Shown here: in pieces, positions 10,499 through 25,000 of the stretch
Layout of the letters: the number at the start of each line of letters is the position of its first letter
How positions within the stretch are numbered: the stretch's first letter is position 1
Source of the DNA: Raja brachyura
Taxonomy: Eukaryota
Length of the DNA: 64,000 bases
Assembly: GCA_963514005.1 (NCBI GenBank)
Contig: OY740798.1
Coordinates: 51,832,001-51,896,000 of the forward strand
Reading direction: 5' to 3'
The notes under the pieces: generated by a model
Databases searched by the model: none
What the model saw: only the letters and a program-made list of their open reading frames with translations
What the model was told of the DNA's origin: nothing
Position numbers and translations under genes: made by a program

Positions 10499-11648
10499 TT
10501 TACTGGTGTTTAGAATAGATGATTTGGGATGTTCAGTTGTTTAAAATCTGCTTGGGTGAGACACTTAGTCAAAGATCACTGAAACAGGCCCTTCGGCCCA
10601 ACTTGCCGTTGTCAACCAAGGTGCCCCATCTAAACTAGTCCCACCTGCCCGTGATTGGCCCATTTCCATCAATCTATGCTTTTACTAAAACTCTCATTTT
10701 GACCACTTCCGGTCTGCGTTGTAATTAAATATGCGCAAAAACGATCCCCCATAGCGCTAACATTTTTCGCCACCTTACTCACCGTTCTCCTCTGCTGCAA
10801 GTCAAATAAGTTTTGTCCCGATCGGTGAAATATTATAAAAGTTATTGGTCTGTTATTCGCCAGGACGGCGACACCCCTTCCGGCACCCACTGTCAATCAC
10901 CGGCCGCGAGAATAAAGCTGAGGGAGCGTTGTGAGCAGAGTGCGAGCTGTGTTCTGTGTTCTACGAGCGGGGGACCACACCACCCCTTCCCACATACACC
11001 CCCTCCCCTATCCCCACAACCCCCTCTCCTCTGCACCCCCCCACACCCCCCTCCCCTACACCCCACCTTCCCCTCAACCACCCCCTCCCCCACACTCCCT
11101 CCTACCACACACGCCCTCCTCCCTATCAACCACCCCCATCCACACACCACCCCTACTCCCACCCCCACCATCCCCCCTACCCCCCCCCCCCCCCCACCCA
11201 TGAGGTTGGAGGAGGTGCAGGTGAACCTCTGCCTCAGCTGGAAAGACTGCTTGGGTCCTTGGATGGAGTCGAGGGGGGAGGTAAAGCGACATTTGTAGCA
11301 TTTCCTGTGGTTGCAAGGGAAAGTACCAGAGGAAGGGGGTGATTTGTGTGGGAAGGGACGAATTGACCAGGGAATTGGTTCAGGTAGTCCTTGCTTTCGC
11401 CATCCTTCCCGTCCCCTTCACAGCTCTCCCACAGCCTACTCTCTCTGCCTCTTCCTTTTTTTCCCCTCCCCACCGCCCCACATCAGTGTGAAGAAGGTCT
11501 CGACCCGAAACGTCCCCTATTCCTTCGCTCCATAGATGTTGCCTCACCCGCTGAGTTTCTCCAGCATTTTTGTCTACCGTCGGTTTTTCCAGCATCTGCA
11601 GTTCCTTCTTAAACATCAGGTTTAATTAAGTTCTTTTTTATTCTGCAG

Positions 11649-11693
11649 GTTTTGGCAAAATAGAAAATGTTGTCAATGAAAATGTCGATAAAG
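11649..11693 (+). CDS. 45-nt micro-exon, copy 3
   Basis: Identical exon and splice sites. Confidence 0.7.
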
Positions 11694-14544
11694 GTAAAAG
11701 TCTTCATTTCCAATAGTTACTGTATTTTGAATGTTTGCTTCAAGTAGAAATTTAGATCATTACACATGATCCAAATGTTCTCAAAACACAAAGCATCTGG
11801 GTATTCAATTATCTGGATATTCAAATTACTAGAAAATATAAATCTTTATTCAATGCAAACTATATGCCCTTACTTACTAAATTAAATGCTTTGATTACAT
11901 TTTGGAAACACTATTGATGTCTTTAATAGGCAGAATAAATGCCATAAAAATGATTTTTCTGCCACAAATCTTATATCTATTTCAATCAATACCAATATAT
12001 TGACCTAAATTTTTTTTAAAAACTTGACTCTGATATCACATAGAAACATAGAAATTAGGTGCAGGAGTAGGCACCTTCGAGCCTGCACCGCCATTCAATA
12101 TGATCATGGCTGATCATCCAACTACCTGCCTTCTCTCCATACCCCCTGATCCCCTTAGCCACAAGGGCCACATCTAACTCCCTCTTAAATATAGCCAATG
12201 AACTGGCCTCAACTACCCTCTGTGGCAGAGAGTTCCAGAGACACACCACTCTCTGTGTGAAAAAAGTCCTTCTCATCTCGGTCCTAAAGGATTTCCCCCT
12301 TATCCTTAAGCTGTGACCCCTTGTCCTGGACCTCCCCAACATCGGGAACAATCTTCCTGCATCTGGCCTGTCCAACCCCTTAAGAATTTTGTAAGTTTTT
12401 ATAAGATCCCCTCTCAATCTCCTAAATTCTAGAGAGTATAAACCGAGTTTATACAGTCTTTGTTCATAAGACAGTCCTGACATCCCAGGAATCAGTCTGG
12501 TGAACCTTCTCTGCACTCCCTCTATGGCAATAATGTCCTTCCTCAGATTTGGAGACCAGAACTGTACGCAATACTCCAGGTGTGGCCTCACCAAGACCCT
12601 ATACAACTGAAGTAGAACCTCCCTGCTCCTATACTCAAATCCTTTTGCTATGAAGCTATCACAATGATATCGCTATGATTGCTATCACAAATTTCATATG
12701 GGACTATAAGTACTTGTTGGACAATTCTGCCCAGCAGGTAGATTGGATAGCAATGGAGAGAGAGGACTGCTCTCCTTTTAATATAGGAGCGATCCTTCTC
12801 TCACCAATACAACTGAATAATATAATATACAAGAAAAATCCAATTATTCATCGTACAATACGAACGAGGAGACAAATAAAATCAACTTTCAAATTAAGAA
12901 ATCTATCACGTCGCTCTCCTATTGTTAATAATCCGTCGTTTAAACCATCTACTGTCAATAAAATGTTTACACACTGGGAAAGAATAGAAATATTTTTTAC
13001 AAAAGTATTTAAAACAGAAAAGAACCCCAATGCAGAATTGATTATCTTTGGAACAATGGAGACCGGCTCTGAGCTGACTTCGTTCCAAGAGAGTTTCCTT
13101 AACTATGGCTTAATAACGAGAGGACAAGTTGGTCCAAAGGGCCTGTTTCCACACTGTATGACTACGACTCTGTCTTTGGGATGTAGGAAGAAACCCGCAC
13201 GTTCACAGGGGGGGAACGTGCAAACGCCACACAGACAGCACCCGCTGGTCAGGATCGAAACCGGGTCTCTGGCGCCGCGCCACTGCGCCGACCCTTTCAC
13301 TTCAAACTTTACACTAGATTTATTTGATTGTCTCTTTCACAACAAAGTTTCACGTTGAATAAATTAGTTTTATTTTTTTACTGGTGTTGAGAATAGATGA
13401 TTTGGGATGTTCAGTTGTTTAAAATCAGCTTGGGTGAGACACTTAGTCAAAGATCACTGAAACAGGCCCTTCGGCCCAACTTGCCGTTGTCAACCAAGGT
13501 GCCCCATCTAAACTAGTCCCACCTGCCCGTGATTGGCCCATTTCCATCAATCTATGCTTTTACTAAAACTCTCATCTTGACCACTTCCGGTCTGCGTTGT
13601 TATTAAATATGCGCAAAAACGATCCCCCATAGCGCTAACATTTTTCGCCACCTTACTCACTGTTCTCCTCTGCTGCAAGTCAAATAAGTTTTGTCCCGAT
13701 CGGTGAAATATTATAAAAGTTATTGGTCCGTTATTCGCCAGGAAGGCGACACCCCTTCCGGCACCTGCTGTCAATCACCGGCCGCGAGAATAAAGCTGAG
13801 GGAGCGTTGTGAGCAGAGTGCGAGCTGTGTTCTGTGTTCTACGAGCGGGGGCCCACACCACCCCTTCCCACATACACCCCCTCCCCTATCCTCACAACCC
13901 CCTCTCCTCTGCACCCCCCCACACCCCCCTCCCCTACACCCCACCTTCCCCTCAACCACCCCCTCCCCCACACTCCCTCCTACCACACACGCCCCTCCTC
14001 CCTACCAACCGCCCCTATTCACAAACCTCCCCTACTCCCACCCCCACCATCCCCGTCTCCCCGTCCACCCCCCCCCCCCCCCCCCCCCCCCACCCATGAG
14101 GTTGGAGGAGGTGCAGGTGAACCTCTGCCTCAGCTGGAAAGACTGCTTGGGTCCTTGGATGGAGTCGAGGGGGGAGGTAAAGCGACATTTGTAGCATTTC
14201 CTGTGGTTGCAAGGGAAAGTACCAGAGGAAGGGGGTGATTTGTGTGGGAAGGGACGAATTGACCAGGGAATTGGTTCAGGTAGTCCTTGCTTTCGCCATC
14301 CTTCCCGTCCCCTTCACAGCTCTCCCACAGCCTACTCTCTCTGCCTCTTCCTTTTTTTCCCCTCCCCACCGCCCCACATCAGTGTGAAGAAGGTCTCGAC
14401 CCGAAACGTCCCCTATTCCTTCGCTCCATAGATGTTGCCTCACCCGCTGAGTTTCTCCAGCATTTTTGTCTACCGTCGGTTTTTCCAGCATCTGCAGTTC
14501 CTTCTTAAACATCAGGTTTAATTAAGCTCTTTTTTATTCTGCAG

Positions 14545-14589
14545 GTTTTGGCAAAATAGAAAATGTTGTCAATGAAAATGTCGATAAAG
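14545..14589 (+). CDS. 45-nt micro-exon, copy 4
   Basis: Identical exon and splice sites. Confidence 0.7.
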
Positions 14590-17500
14590 GTAAAAGTCTT
14601 CATTTCCAATAGTTACTGTATTTTGAATGTTTGCTTCAAGTAGAAATTTAGATCATTACACATGATCCAAATGTTCTCAAAACACAAAGCATCTGGGTAT
14701 TCAATTATCTGGATATTCAAATTACTAGAAAATATAAATCTTTATTCAATGCAAACTATATGCCCTTACTTACTAAATTAAATGCTTTGATTACATTTTG
14801 GAAACACTATTGATGTCTTTAATAGGCAGAATAAATGCCATAAAAATGATTTTTCTGCCACAAATCTTATATCTATTTCAATCAATACCAATATATTGAC
14901 CTACATTTTTTTTTAAACTTGACTCTGATATCACAAATTTCATATGGGACTATAAGTACTTGTTGGACAATTCTGCCCAGCAGGTAGATTGGATAGCAAT
15001 GGAGAGAGAGGACTGCTCTCCTTTTAATATAGGAGCGATCCTTCTCTCACCGATAAAACTGAATAATATAATATACAAGAAAAATCCAATTATTCATCGT
15101 ACAATACGAACGAGGAGACAAATAAAATCAACTTTCAAATTAAGAAATCTATCACGTCGCTCTCCTATTGTTAATAATCCGCCGTTTAAACCATCTACTG
15201 TCAATAAAATGTTTACACACTGGGAAAGAATAGAAATATTTTTTACAAAAGTATTTAAAACAGAAAAGACCCCCATTGCAGAATTGATTATCTTTGGAAC
15301 AATGGAGACCGGCTCTGAGCTGACTTTGTTCCAAGAGAGTTTCCTTAACTATGGCTTAATAACGAGAGGACAAGTTGGTCCAAAGGGCCTGTTTCCACAC
15401 TGTATGACTACGACTCTGTCTTTGGGATGTAGGAAGAAACCCGCACGTTCACAGGGGGGGGAACGTGCAAACGCCACACAGACATCACCCGGTGGTCAGG
15501 ATCGAAACCGGGTCTCTGGCGCTGCGCCGACCCTTTCACTTCAAACTTTACACTAGATTTATTTCATTGTCTCATTCACAACAAAGTTTCACGTTGAATA
15601 AATTAGTTTTATTTTTTTACTGTAGCAATGTTACAAAATTTTGAGATTTTAAAAATCAAGTCTGCAATTTATCCCATCAGATAAAGCATAAAAAGAAGTT
15701 TAATTTGACACCTAATTCACTTTCATATCTTCAGTATTAAGAAAGCTATGGCCATTTTCATACTCGGAAATTAGCATCTTGTTCCCCATTGCCTTTCAAT
15801 TGACTTAACTCAAAAGCTGTGATCTGGAACAGTTAAAAGCCCATAACTTTCTTAAAAATTAAGAAAAGCAATGAAATTTTCAGTTATTATAGATTGAAGC
15901 ATTCTGAAACAAATATTAAACAATCTTACTTGGATGACCTGAAATTAAAGCATATAATTAGTTAGTTATCTAATTGTAGCTAATTACAAAATTCAATGAG
16001 TAGATCTAAACATTTATCCATTTCTTAAGAAAAGAAAAACTTTTTTTAAATTGCCTAAGTGTCCAAATAACATTCACACAATAATCCACAATATAACATA
16101 ATTTTTAAATCTCATTTTCATGAATTTCTGGGCCAAATGGAAGGAATTTAGTGTTTGATTCCTGTAAATTAATGGCCATTTAAATCAACTAGCGAGTGGG
16201 TTTTAGTGGAATGCGGTGAATTGGAACGTTGCGGTTCAGGCACGTGCCGTGAGTAATTACTCAGGGTAGGCACTCGTCCGCTTTAAAAAAAAAATTAAAC
16301 CACGCATGCGCAATTTGTTCTCCCCGTTAAATAAATAAATAAATAAAAACGGTGACATTTCAATTTGCCCAAGGCTTCCTAGTCCTAGACCAATTGGGGA
16401 ACAGTTCCTTTCACAGCGTGTGGAGAGTCTGTGCCAGGGGTAAAGTTGTGGGGAGGGCACGAGTATTGAGAAGGAGGGTGTCGGGGATACTGCCAGTAAC
16501 TCACTCACCGCTACCGCAGCTCTCCGGGCGCGAAGCCACGCACTGTAGCTGGGGATAGAAGCAGCTCGGGGAGCTACGAGCGGCCACCGGGACCTGACAG
16601 CAGAACTGGCCGCCACTTCAGCGCCTTCTGCCGGCCCGCTCACCTTTGGCAGTGCTCTCCGTCGGAACACCTGTCACCTGCCGTTCGCCAACTTCGCTCA
16701 TGTCAGCGGCTTCCTGCAAATCCTTAAATTCGCACAGCCCAGTAACCTCAATCGCGCTGTCGGAATTTAAGGACATGAGTGAGGCCAGCGAGCGGCAGGA
16801 GAGAGGTTTTTAGACGGAGAGCTGCCTGAGGTGAGCGACTGGCAGAAGGAGCTAAGGTGGCGGCTGGTTCCGCTGTCCGGCCCGGCGGCCGCTCAGCCAC
16901 CCGAGCTAATTCTCTCTCTTCCCCCCCCCCCCGGCCTCAGAGCGGTGGCATCCCACGCCTCCGTGCAAGGAGCATCGCAAGTGGATGCTCCCGACCCCTC
17001 ATTCATAACATTCGTGCCCTCCCCGCAACTTTACCCCGGGCCAGACTCCCCAAACGCTGTGAAAGAAGCGCTCCCCCCACCCACACACCCCGGGAAATAC
17101 AGTATTTAAAAACGTAAACACAAAATGTACTTACCACATTATTGGTACACGACAAAGCATAGATGAAAACCCCGCCAAGAAACTTGCGCTGCGCATACGC
17201 ATCAGTCTACTGCGCATGCGCAGTGCAGCAAAGGCAGAATTTCTGCTGCCTTCAGCCCTGCTTGAAACTGACGGCTTCAGGCAGTGCTGACGGCACGTGG
17301 GCTGCACAGAGCTTCCCGTGTTACAAGCACTGCGGATGAAAGGCACGGAGAATTATGCCTACCTAAGAGATCGATCTTTTACATAGGCATAATTCTCCCA
17401 TGCCTTTATTATTCATATTTAATTATTACTATGTTATAATTTTAGTCAGGGTAGGCAGTGCCTACCTTGCCTACCCTGACGGCACGTGCCTGTTGCGGTT

Positions 17501-19068
17501 AGCGGTGAAGTCGGGAGGAAAAATACTGTTTTTTCATACATTTTTTTGGACCCCATTTCGCAACATGAAAAAGTTATTAAAGCCTCCCGAAAAACCAACT
17601 TTTAATATAAAAATAAACGATTTACCTTTTTTTCTCCCCTACGCAAAATCCTTCCGGTTGTCTGTGCTCACGGCTTTTGAAGGTGATTTTTAAATTACTC
17701 TAGTTAATAAATAATTTAGAGTAATTTAAAAATACCTTCATTCATGAAATGTCGGAGCGATTTTTCTTCCGCAACAAAATTGCCCGACATTCATTGATTA
17801 TCCCTGCCTGTGGAAAAACGGCACTTTAAGCCCGCCCCCCTCTGAAAGGCGCCAAAGTCACGCACACGGGGAGCGGCAGAACTGCAGCGCTGCTCAAGGT
17901 AAGTTTTGTAACATACCTATTTACTGGTGTTTAGAATAGATGATTTGGGATGTTCAGTTGTTTAAAATCTGCTTGGGTGAGACACTTAGTCAAAGATCAC
18001 TGAAACAGGCCCTTCGGCCCAACTTGCCGTTGTCAACCAAGGTGCCCCATCTAAACTAGTCCCACCTGCCCGTGATTGGCCCATTTCCATCAATCTATGC
18101 TTTTACTAAAACTCTCATTTTGACCACTTCCGGTCTGCGTTGTAATTAAATATGCGCAAAAACGATCCCCCATAGCGCTAACATTTTTCGCCACCTTACT
18201 CACCGTTCTCCTCTGCTGCAAGTCAAATAAGTTTTGTCCCGATCGGTGAAATATTATAAAAGTTATTGGTCTGTTATTCGCCAGGACGGCGACACCCCTT
18301 CCGGCACCCACTGTCAATCACCGGCCGCGAGAATAAAGCTGAGGGAGCGTTGTGAGCAGAGTGCGAGCTGTGTTCTGTGTTCTACGAGCGGGGGACCACA
18401 CCACCCCTTCCCACATACACCCCCTCCCCTATCCCCACAACCCCCTCTCCTCTGCACCCCCCCACACCCCCCTCCCCTACACCCCACCTTCCCCTCAACC
18501 ACCCCCTCCCCCACACTCCCTCCTACCACACACGCCCTCCTCCCTATCAACCAGCCCCATCCACACACCACCCCTACTCCCACCCCCACCATCCCCCCTA
18601 CCCCCCCCCCCCCCCACCCATGAGGTTGGAGGAGGTGCAGGTGAACCTCTGCCTCAGCTGGAAAGACTGCTTGGGTCCTTGGATGGAGTCGAGGGGGGAG
18701 GTAAAGCGACATTTGTAGCATTTCCTGTGGTTGCAAGGGAAAGTACCAGAGGAAGGGGGTGATTTGTGTGGGAAGGGACGAATTGACCAGGGAATTGGTT
18801 CAGGTAGTCCTTGCTTTCGCCATCCTTCCCGTCCCCTTCACAGCTCTCCCACAGCCTACTCTCTCTGCCTCTTCCTTTTTTTCCCCTCCCCACCGCCCCA
18901 CATCAGTGTGAAGAAGGTCTCGACCCGAAACGTCCCCTATTCCTTCGCTCCATAGATGTTGCCTCACCCGCTGAGTTTCTCCAGCATTTTTGTCTACCGT
19001 TGGTTTTTCCAGCATCTGCAGTTCCTTCTTAAACATCAGGTTTAATTAAGTTCTTTTTTATTCTGCAG

Positions 19069-19113
19069 GTTTTGGCAAAATAGAAAATGTTGTCAATGAA
19101 AATGTCGATAAAG
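19069..19113 (+). CDS. 45-nt micro-exon, copy 5
   Basis: Identical exon and splice sites. Confidence 0.7.
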
Positions 19114-21966
19114 GTAAAAGTCTTCATTTCCAATAGTTACTGTATTTTGAATGTTTGCTTCAAGTAGAAATTTAGATCATTACACATGATCCAAATGTTC
19201 TCAAAACACAAAGCATCTGGGTATTCAATTATCTGGATATTCAAATTACTAGAAAATATAAATCTTTATTCAATGCAAACTATATGCCCTTACTTACTAA
19301 ATTAAATGCTTTGATTACATTTTGGAAACACTATTGATGTCTTTAATAGGCAGAATAAATGCCATAAAAATGATTTTTCTGCCACAAATCTTATATCTAT
19401 TTCAATCAATACCAATATATTGACCTAAATTTTTTTTAAAAACTTGACTCTGATATCACATAGAAACATAGAAATTAGGTGCAGGAGTAGGCACCTTCGA
19501 GCCTGCACCGCCATTCAATATGATCATGGCTGATCATCCAACTACCTGCCTTCTCTCCATACCCCCTGATCCCCTTAGCCACAAGGGCCACATCTAACTC
19601 CCTCTTAAATATAGCCAATGAACTGGCCTCAACTACCCTCTGTGGCAGAGAGTTCCAGAGACACACCACTCTCTGTGTGAAAAAAGTCCTTCTCATCTCG
19701 GTCCTAAAGGATTTCCCCCTTATCCTTAAGCTGTGACCCCTTGTCCTGGACCTCCCCAACATCGGGAACAATCTTCCTGCATCTGGCCTGTCCAACCCCT
19801 TAAGAATTTTGTAAGTTTTTATAAGATCCCCTCTCAATCTCCTAAATTCTAGAGAGTATAAACCGAGTTTATACAGTCTTTGTTCATAAGACAGTCCTGA
19901 CATCCCAGGAATCAGTCTGGTGAACCTTCTCTGCACTCCCTCTATGGCAATAATGTCCTTCCTCAGATTTGGAGACCAGAACTGTACGCAATACTCCAGG
20001 TGTGGCCTCACCAAGACCCTATACAACTGAAGTAGAACCTCCCTGCTCCTATACTCAAATCCTTTTGCTATGAAGCTATCACAATGATATCGCTATGATT
20101 GCTATCACAAATTTCATATGGGACTATAAGTACTTGTTGGACAATTCTGCCCAGCAGGTAGATTGGATAGCAATGGAGAGAGAGGACTGCTCTCCTTTTA
20201 ATATAGGAGCGATCCTTCTCTCACCAATACAACTGAATAATATAATATACAAGAAAAATCCAATTATTCATCGTACAATACGAACGAGGAGACAAATAAA
20301 ATCAACTTTCAAATTAAGAAATCTATCACGTCGCTCTCCTATTGTTAATAATCCGTCGTTTAAACCATCTACTGTCAATAAAATGTTTACACACTGGGAA
20401 AGAATAGAAATATTTTTTACAAAAGTATTTAAAACAGAAAAGAACCCCAATGCAGAATTGATTATCTTTGGAACAATGGAGACCGGCTCTGAGCTGACTT
20501 CGTTCCAAGAGAGTTTCCTTAACTATGGCTTAATAACGAGAGGACAAGTTGGTCCAAAGGGCCTGTTTCCACACTGTATGACTACGACTCTGTCTTTGGG
20601 ATGTAGGAAGAAACCCGCACGTTCACAGGGGGGGAACGTGCAAACGCCACACAGACAGCACCCGGTGGTCAGGATCGAAACCGGGTCTCTGGCGCCGCGC
20701 CACTGCGCCGACCCTTTCACTTCAAACTTTACACTAGATTTATTTGATTGTCTCTTTCACAACAAAGTTTCACGTTGAATAAATTAGTTTTATTTTTTTA
20801 CTGGTGTTGAGAATAGATGATTTGGGATGTTCAGTTGTTTAAAATCAGCTTGGGTGAGACACTTAGTCAAAGATCACTGAAACAGGCCCTTCGGCCCAAC
20901 TTGCCGTTGTCAACCAAGGTGCCCCATCTAAACTAGTCCCACCTGCCCGTGATTGGCCCATTTCCATCAATCTATGCTTTTACTAAAACTCTCATCTTGA
21001 CCACTTCCGGTCTGCGTTGTTATTAAATATGCGCAAAAACGATCCCCCATAGCGCTAACATTTTTCGCCACCTTACTCACTGTTCTCCTCTGCTGCAAGT
21101 CAAATAAGTTTTGTCCCGATCGGTGAAATATTATAAAAGTTATTGGTCCGTTATTCGCCAGGAAGGCGACACCCCTTCCGGCACCTGCTGTCAATCACCG
21201 GCCGCGAGAATAAAGCTGAGGGAGCGTTGTGAGCAGAGTGCGAGCTGTGTTCTGTGTTCTACGAGCGGGGGCCCACACCACCCCTTCCCACATACACCCC
21301 CTCCCCTATCCTCACAACCCCCTCTCCTCTGCACCCCCCCACACCCCCCTCCCCTACACCCCACCTTCCCCTCAACCACCCCCTCCCCCACACTCCCTCC
21401 TACCACACACGCCCCTCCTCCCTACCAACCGCCCCTATTCACAAACCTCCCCTACTCCCACCCCCACCATCCCCGTCTCCCCGTCCACCCCCCCCCCCCC
21501 CCCCCCCCCCCCCACCCATGAGGTTGGAGGAGGTGCAGGTGAACCTCTGCCTCAGCTGGAAAGACTGCTTGGGTCCTTGGATGGAGTCGAGGGGGGAGGT
21601 AAAGCGACATTTGTAGCATTTCCTGTGGTTGCAAGGGAAAGTACCAGAGGAAGGGGGTGATTTGTGTGGAAAGGGACGAATTGACCAGGGAATTGGTTCA
21701 GGTAGTCCTTGCTTTCGCCATCCTTCCCGTCCCCTTCACAGCTCTCCCACAGCCTACTCTCTCTGCCTCTTCCTTTTTTTCCCCTCCCCACCGCCCCACA
21801 TCAGTGTGAAGAAGGTCTCGACCCGAAACGTCCCCTATTCCTTCGCTCCATAGATGTTGCCTCACCCGCTGAGTTTCTCCAGCACTTTTGTCTACCGTCG
21901 GTTTTTCCAGCATCTGCAGTTCCTTCTTAAACATCAGGTTTAATTAAGCTCTTTTTTATTCTGCAG

Positions 21967-22011
21967 GTTTTGGCAAAATAGAAAATGTTGTCAATGAAAA
22001 TGTCGATAAAG
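21967..22011 (+). CDS. 45-nt micro-exon, copy 6
   Basis: Identical exon and splice sites. Confidence 0.7.
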
Positions 22012-25000
22012 GTAAAAGTCTTCATTTCCAATAGTTACTGTATTTTGAATGTTTGCTTCAAGTAGAAATTTAGATCATTACACATGATCCAAATGTTCTC
22101 AAAACACAAAGCATCTGGGTATTCAATTATCTGGATATTCAAATTACTAGAAAATATAAATCTTTATTCAATGCAAACTATATGCCCTTACTTACTAAAT
22201 TAAATGCTTTGATTACATTTTGGAAACACTATTGATGTCTTTAATAGGCAGAATAAATGCCATAAAAATGATTTTTCTGCCACAAATCTTATATCTATTT
22301 CAATCAATACCAATATATTGACCTACATTTTTTTTTAAACTTGACTCTGATATCACAAATTTCATATGGGACTATAAGTACTTGTTGGACAATTCTGCCC
22401 AGCAGGTAGATTGGATAGCAATGGAGAGAGAGGACTGCTCTCCTTTTAATATAGGAGCGATCCTTCTCTCACCGATAAAACTGAATAATATAATATACAA
22501 GAAAAATCCAATTATTCATCGTACAATACGAACGAGGAGACAAATAAAATCAACTTTCAAATTAAGAAATCTATCACGTCGCTCTCCTATTGTTAATAAT
22601 CCGCCGTTTAAACCATCTACTGTCAATAAAATGTTTACACACTGGGAAAGAATAGAAATATTTTTTACAAAAGTATTTAAAACAGAAAAGACCCCCATTG
22701 CAGAATTGATTATCTTTGGAACAATGGAGACCGGCTCTGAGCTGACTTTGTTCCAAGAGAGTTTCCTTAACTATGGCTTAATAACGAGAGGACAAGTTGG
22801 TCCAAAGGGCCTGTTTCCACACTGTATGACTACGACTCTGTCTTTGGGATGTAGGAAGAAACCCGCACGTTCACAGGGGGGGGAACGTGCAAACGCCACA
22901 CAGACATCACCCGGTGGTCAGGATCGAAACCGGGTCTCTGGCGCTGCGCCGCTGCGCCGACCCTTTCACTTCAAACTTTACACTAGATTTATTTCATTGT
23001 CTCATTCACAACAAAGTTTCACGTTGAATAAATTAGTTTTATTTTTTTACTGTAGCAATGTTACAAAATTTTGAGATTTTAAAAATCAAGTCTGCAATTT
23101 ATCCCATCAGATAAAGCATAAAAAGAAGTTGAATTTGACACCTAATTCACTTTCATATCTTCAGTATTAAGAAAATTATGGCCATTTTCATACTCGGAAA
23201 TTAGCATCTTGTTCCCCATTGCCTTTCAATTGACTTAACTCAAAAGCTGTGATCTGGAACAGTTAAAAGCCCATAACTTTCTTAAAAATTAAGAAAAGCA
23301 ATGAAATTTTCAGTTATTATAGATTGAAGCATTCTGAAACAAATATTAAACAATCTTACTTGGATGACCTGAAATTAAAGCATATAATTAGTTAGTTATC
23401 TAATTGTAGCTAATTACAAAATTCAATGAGTAGATCTAAACATTTATCCATTTCTTAAGAAAAGAAAAACTTTTTTTAAATTGCCTAAGTGTCCAAATAA
23501 CATTCACACAATAATCCACAATATAACATAATTTTTAAATCTCATTTTCATGAATTTCTGGGCCAAATGGAAGGAATTTAGTGTTTGATTCCTGTAAATT
23601 AATGGCCATTTAAATCAACTAGCGAGTGGGTTTTAGTGGAATGCGGTGAATTGGAACGTTGCGGTTCAGGCACGTGCCGTGAGTAATTACTCAGGGTAGG
23701 CACTCGTCCGCTTTAAAAAAAAAATTAAACCACGCATGCGCAATTTGTTCTCCCCGTTAAATAAATAAATAAATAAAAACGGTGACATTTCAATTTGCCC
23801 AAGGCTTCCTAGTCCTAGACCAATTGGGGAACAGTTCCTTTCACAGCGTGTGGAGAGTCTGTGCCAGGGGTAAAGTTGTGGGGAGGGCACGAGTATTGAG
23901 AAGGAGGGTGTCGGGGATACTGCCAGTAACTCACTCACCGCTACCGCAGCTCTCCGGGCGCGAAGCCACGCACTGTAGCTGGGGATAGAAGCAGCTCGGG
24001 GAGCTACGAGCGGCCACCGGGACCTGACAGCAGAACTGGCCGCCACTTCAGCGCCTTCTGCCGGCCCGCTCACCTTTGGCAGTGCTCTCCGTCGGAACAC
24101 CTGTCACCTGCCGTTCGCCGACTTCGCTCATGTCAGCGGCTTCCTGCAAATCCTTAAATTCGCACAGCCCAGTAACCTCAATCGCGCTGTCGGAATTTAA
24201 GGACATGAGTGAGGCCAGCGAGCGGCAGGAGAGAGGTTTTTAGACGGAGAGCTGCCTGAGGTGAGCGACTGGCAGAAGGAGCTAAGGTGGCGGCTGGTTC
24301 CGCTGTCCGGCCCGGCGGCCGCTCAGCCACCCGAGCTAATTCTCTCTCTTCTCCCCCCCCCCCCCGGCCTCAGAGCGGTGGCATCCCACGCCTCCGTGCA
24401 AGGAGCATCGCAAGTGGATGCTCCCGACCCCTCATTCATAACATTCGTGCCCTCCCCGCAACTTTACCCCGGGCCAGACTCCCCAAACGCTGTGAAAGAA
24501 GCGCTCCCCCCACCCACACACCCCGGGAAATACGGTATTTAAAAACGTAAACACAAAATGTACTTACCACATTATTGGTACACGACAAACCATAGATGAA
24601 AACCCCGCCAAGAAACTTGCGCTGCGCATACGCATCAGTCTACTGCGCATGCGCAGTGCAGCAAAGGCAGAATTTCTGCTGCCTTCAGCCCTGCTTGAAA
24701 CTGACGGCTTCAGGCAGTGCTGACGGCACGTGGGCTGCACAGAGCTTCCCGTGTTACAAGCACTGCGGATGAAAGGCACGGAGAATTATGCCTACCTAAG
24801 AGATCGATCTTTTACATAGGCATAATTCTCCCATGCCTTTATTATTCATATTTAATTATTACTATGTTATAATTTTAGTCAGGGTAGGCAGTGCCTACCT
24901 TGCCTACCCTGACGGCACGTGCCTGTTGCGGTTAGCGGTGAAGTCGGGAGGAAAAATACTGTTTTTTCATACATTTTTTTGGACCCCATTTCGCAACATG

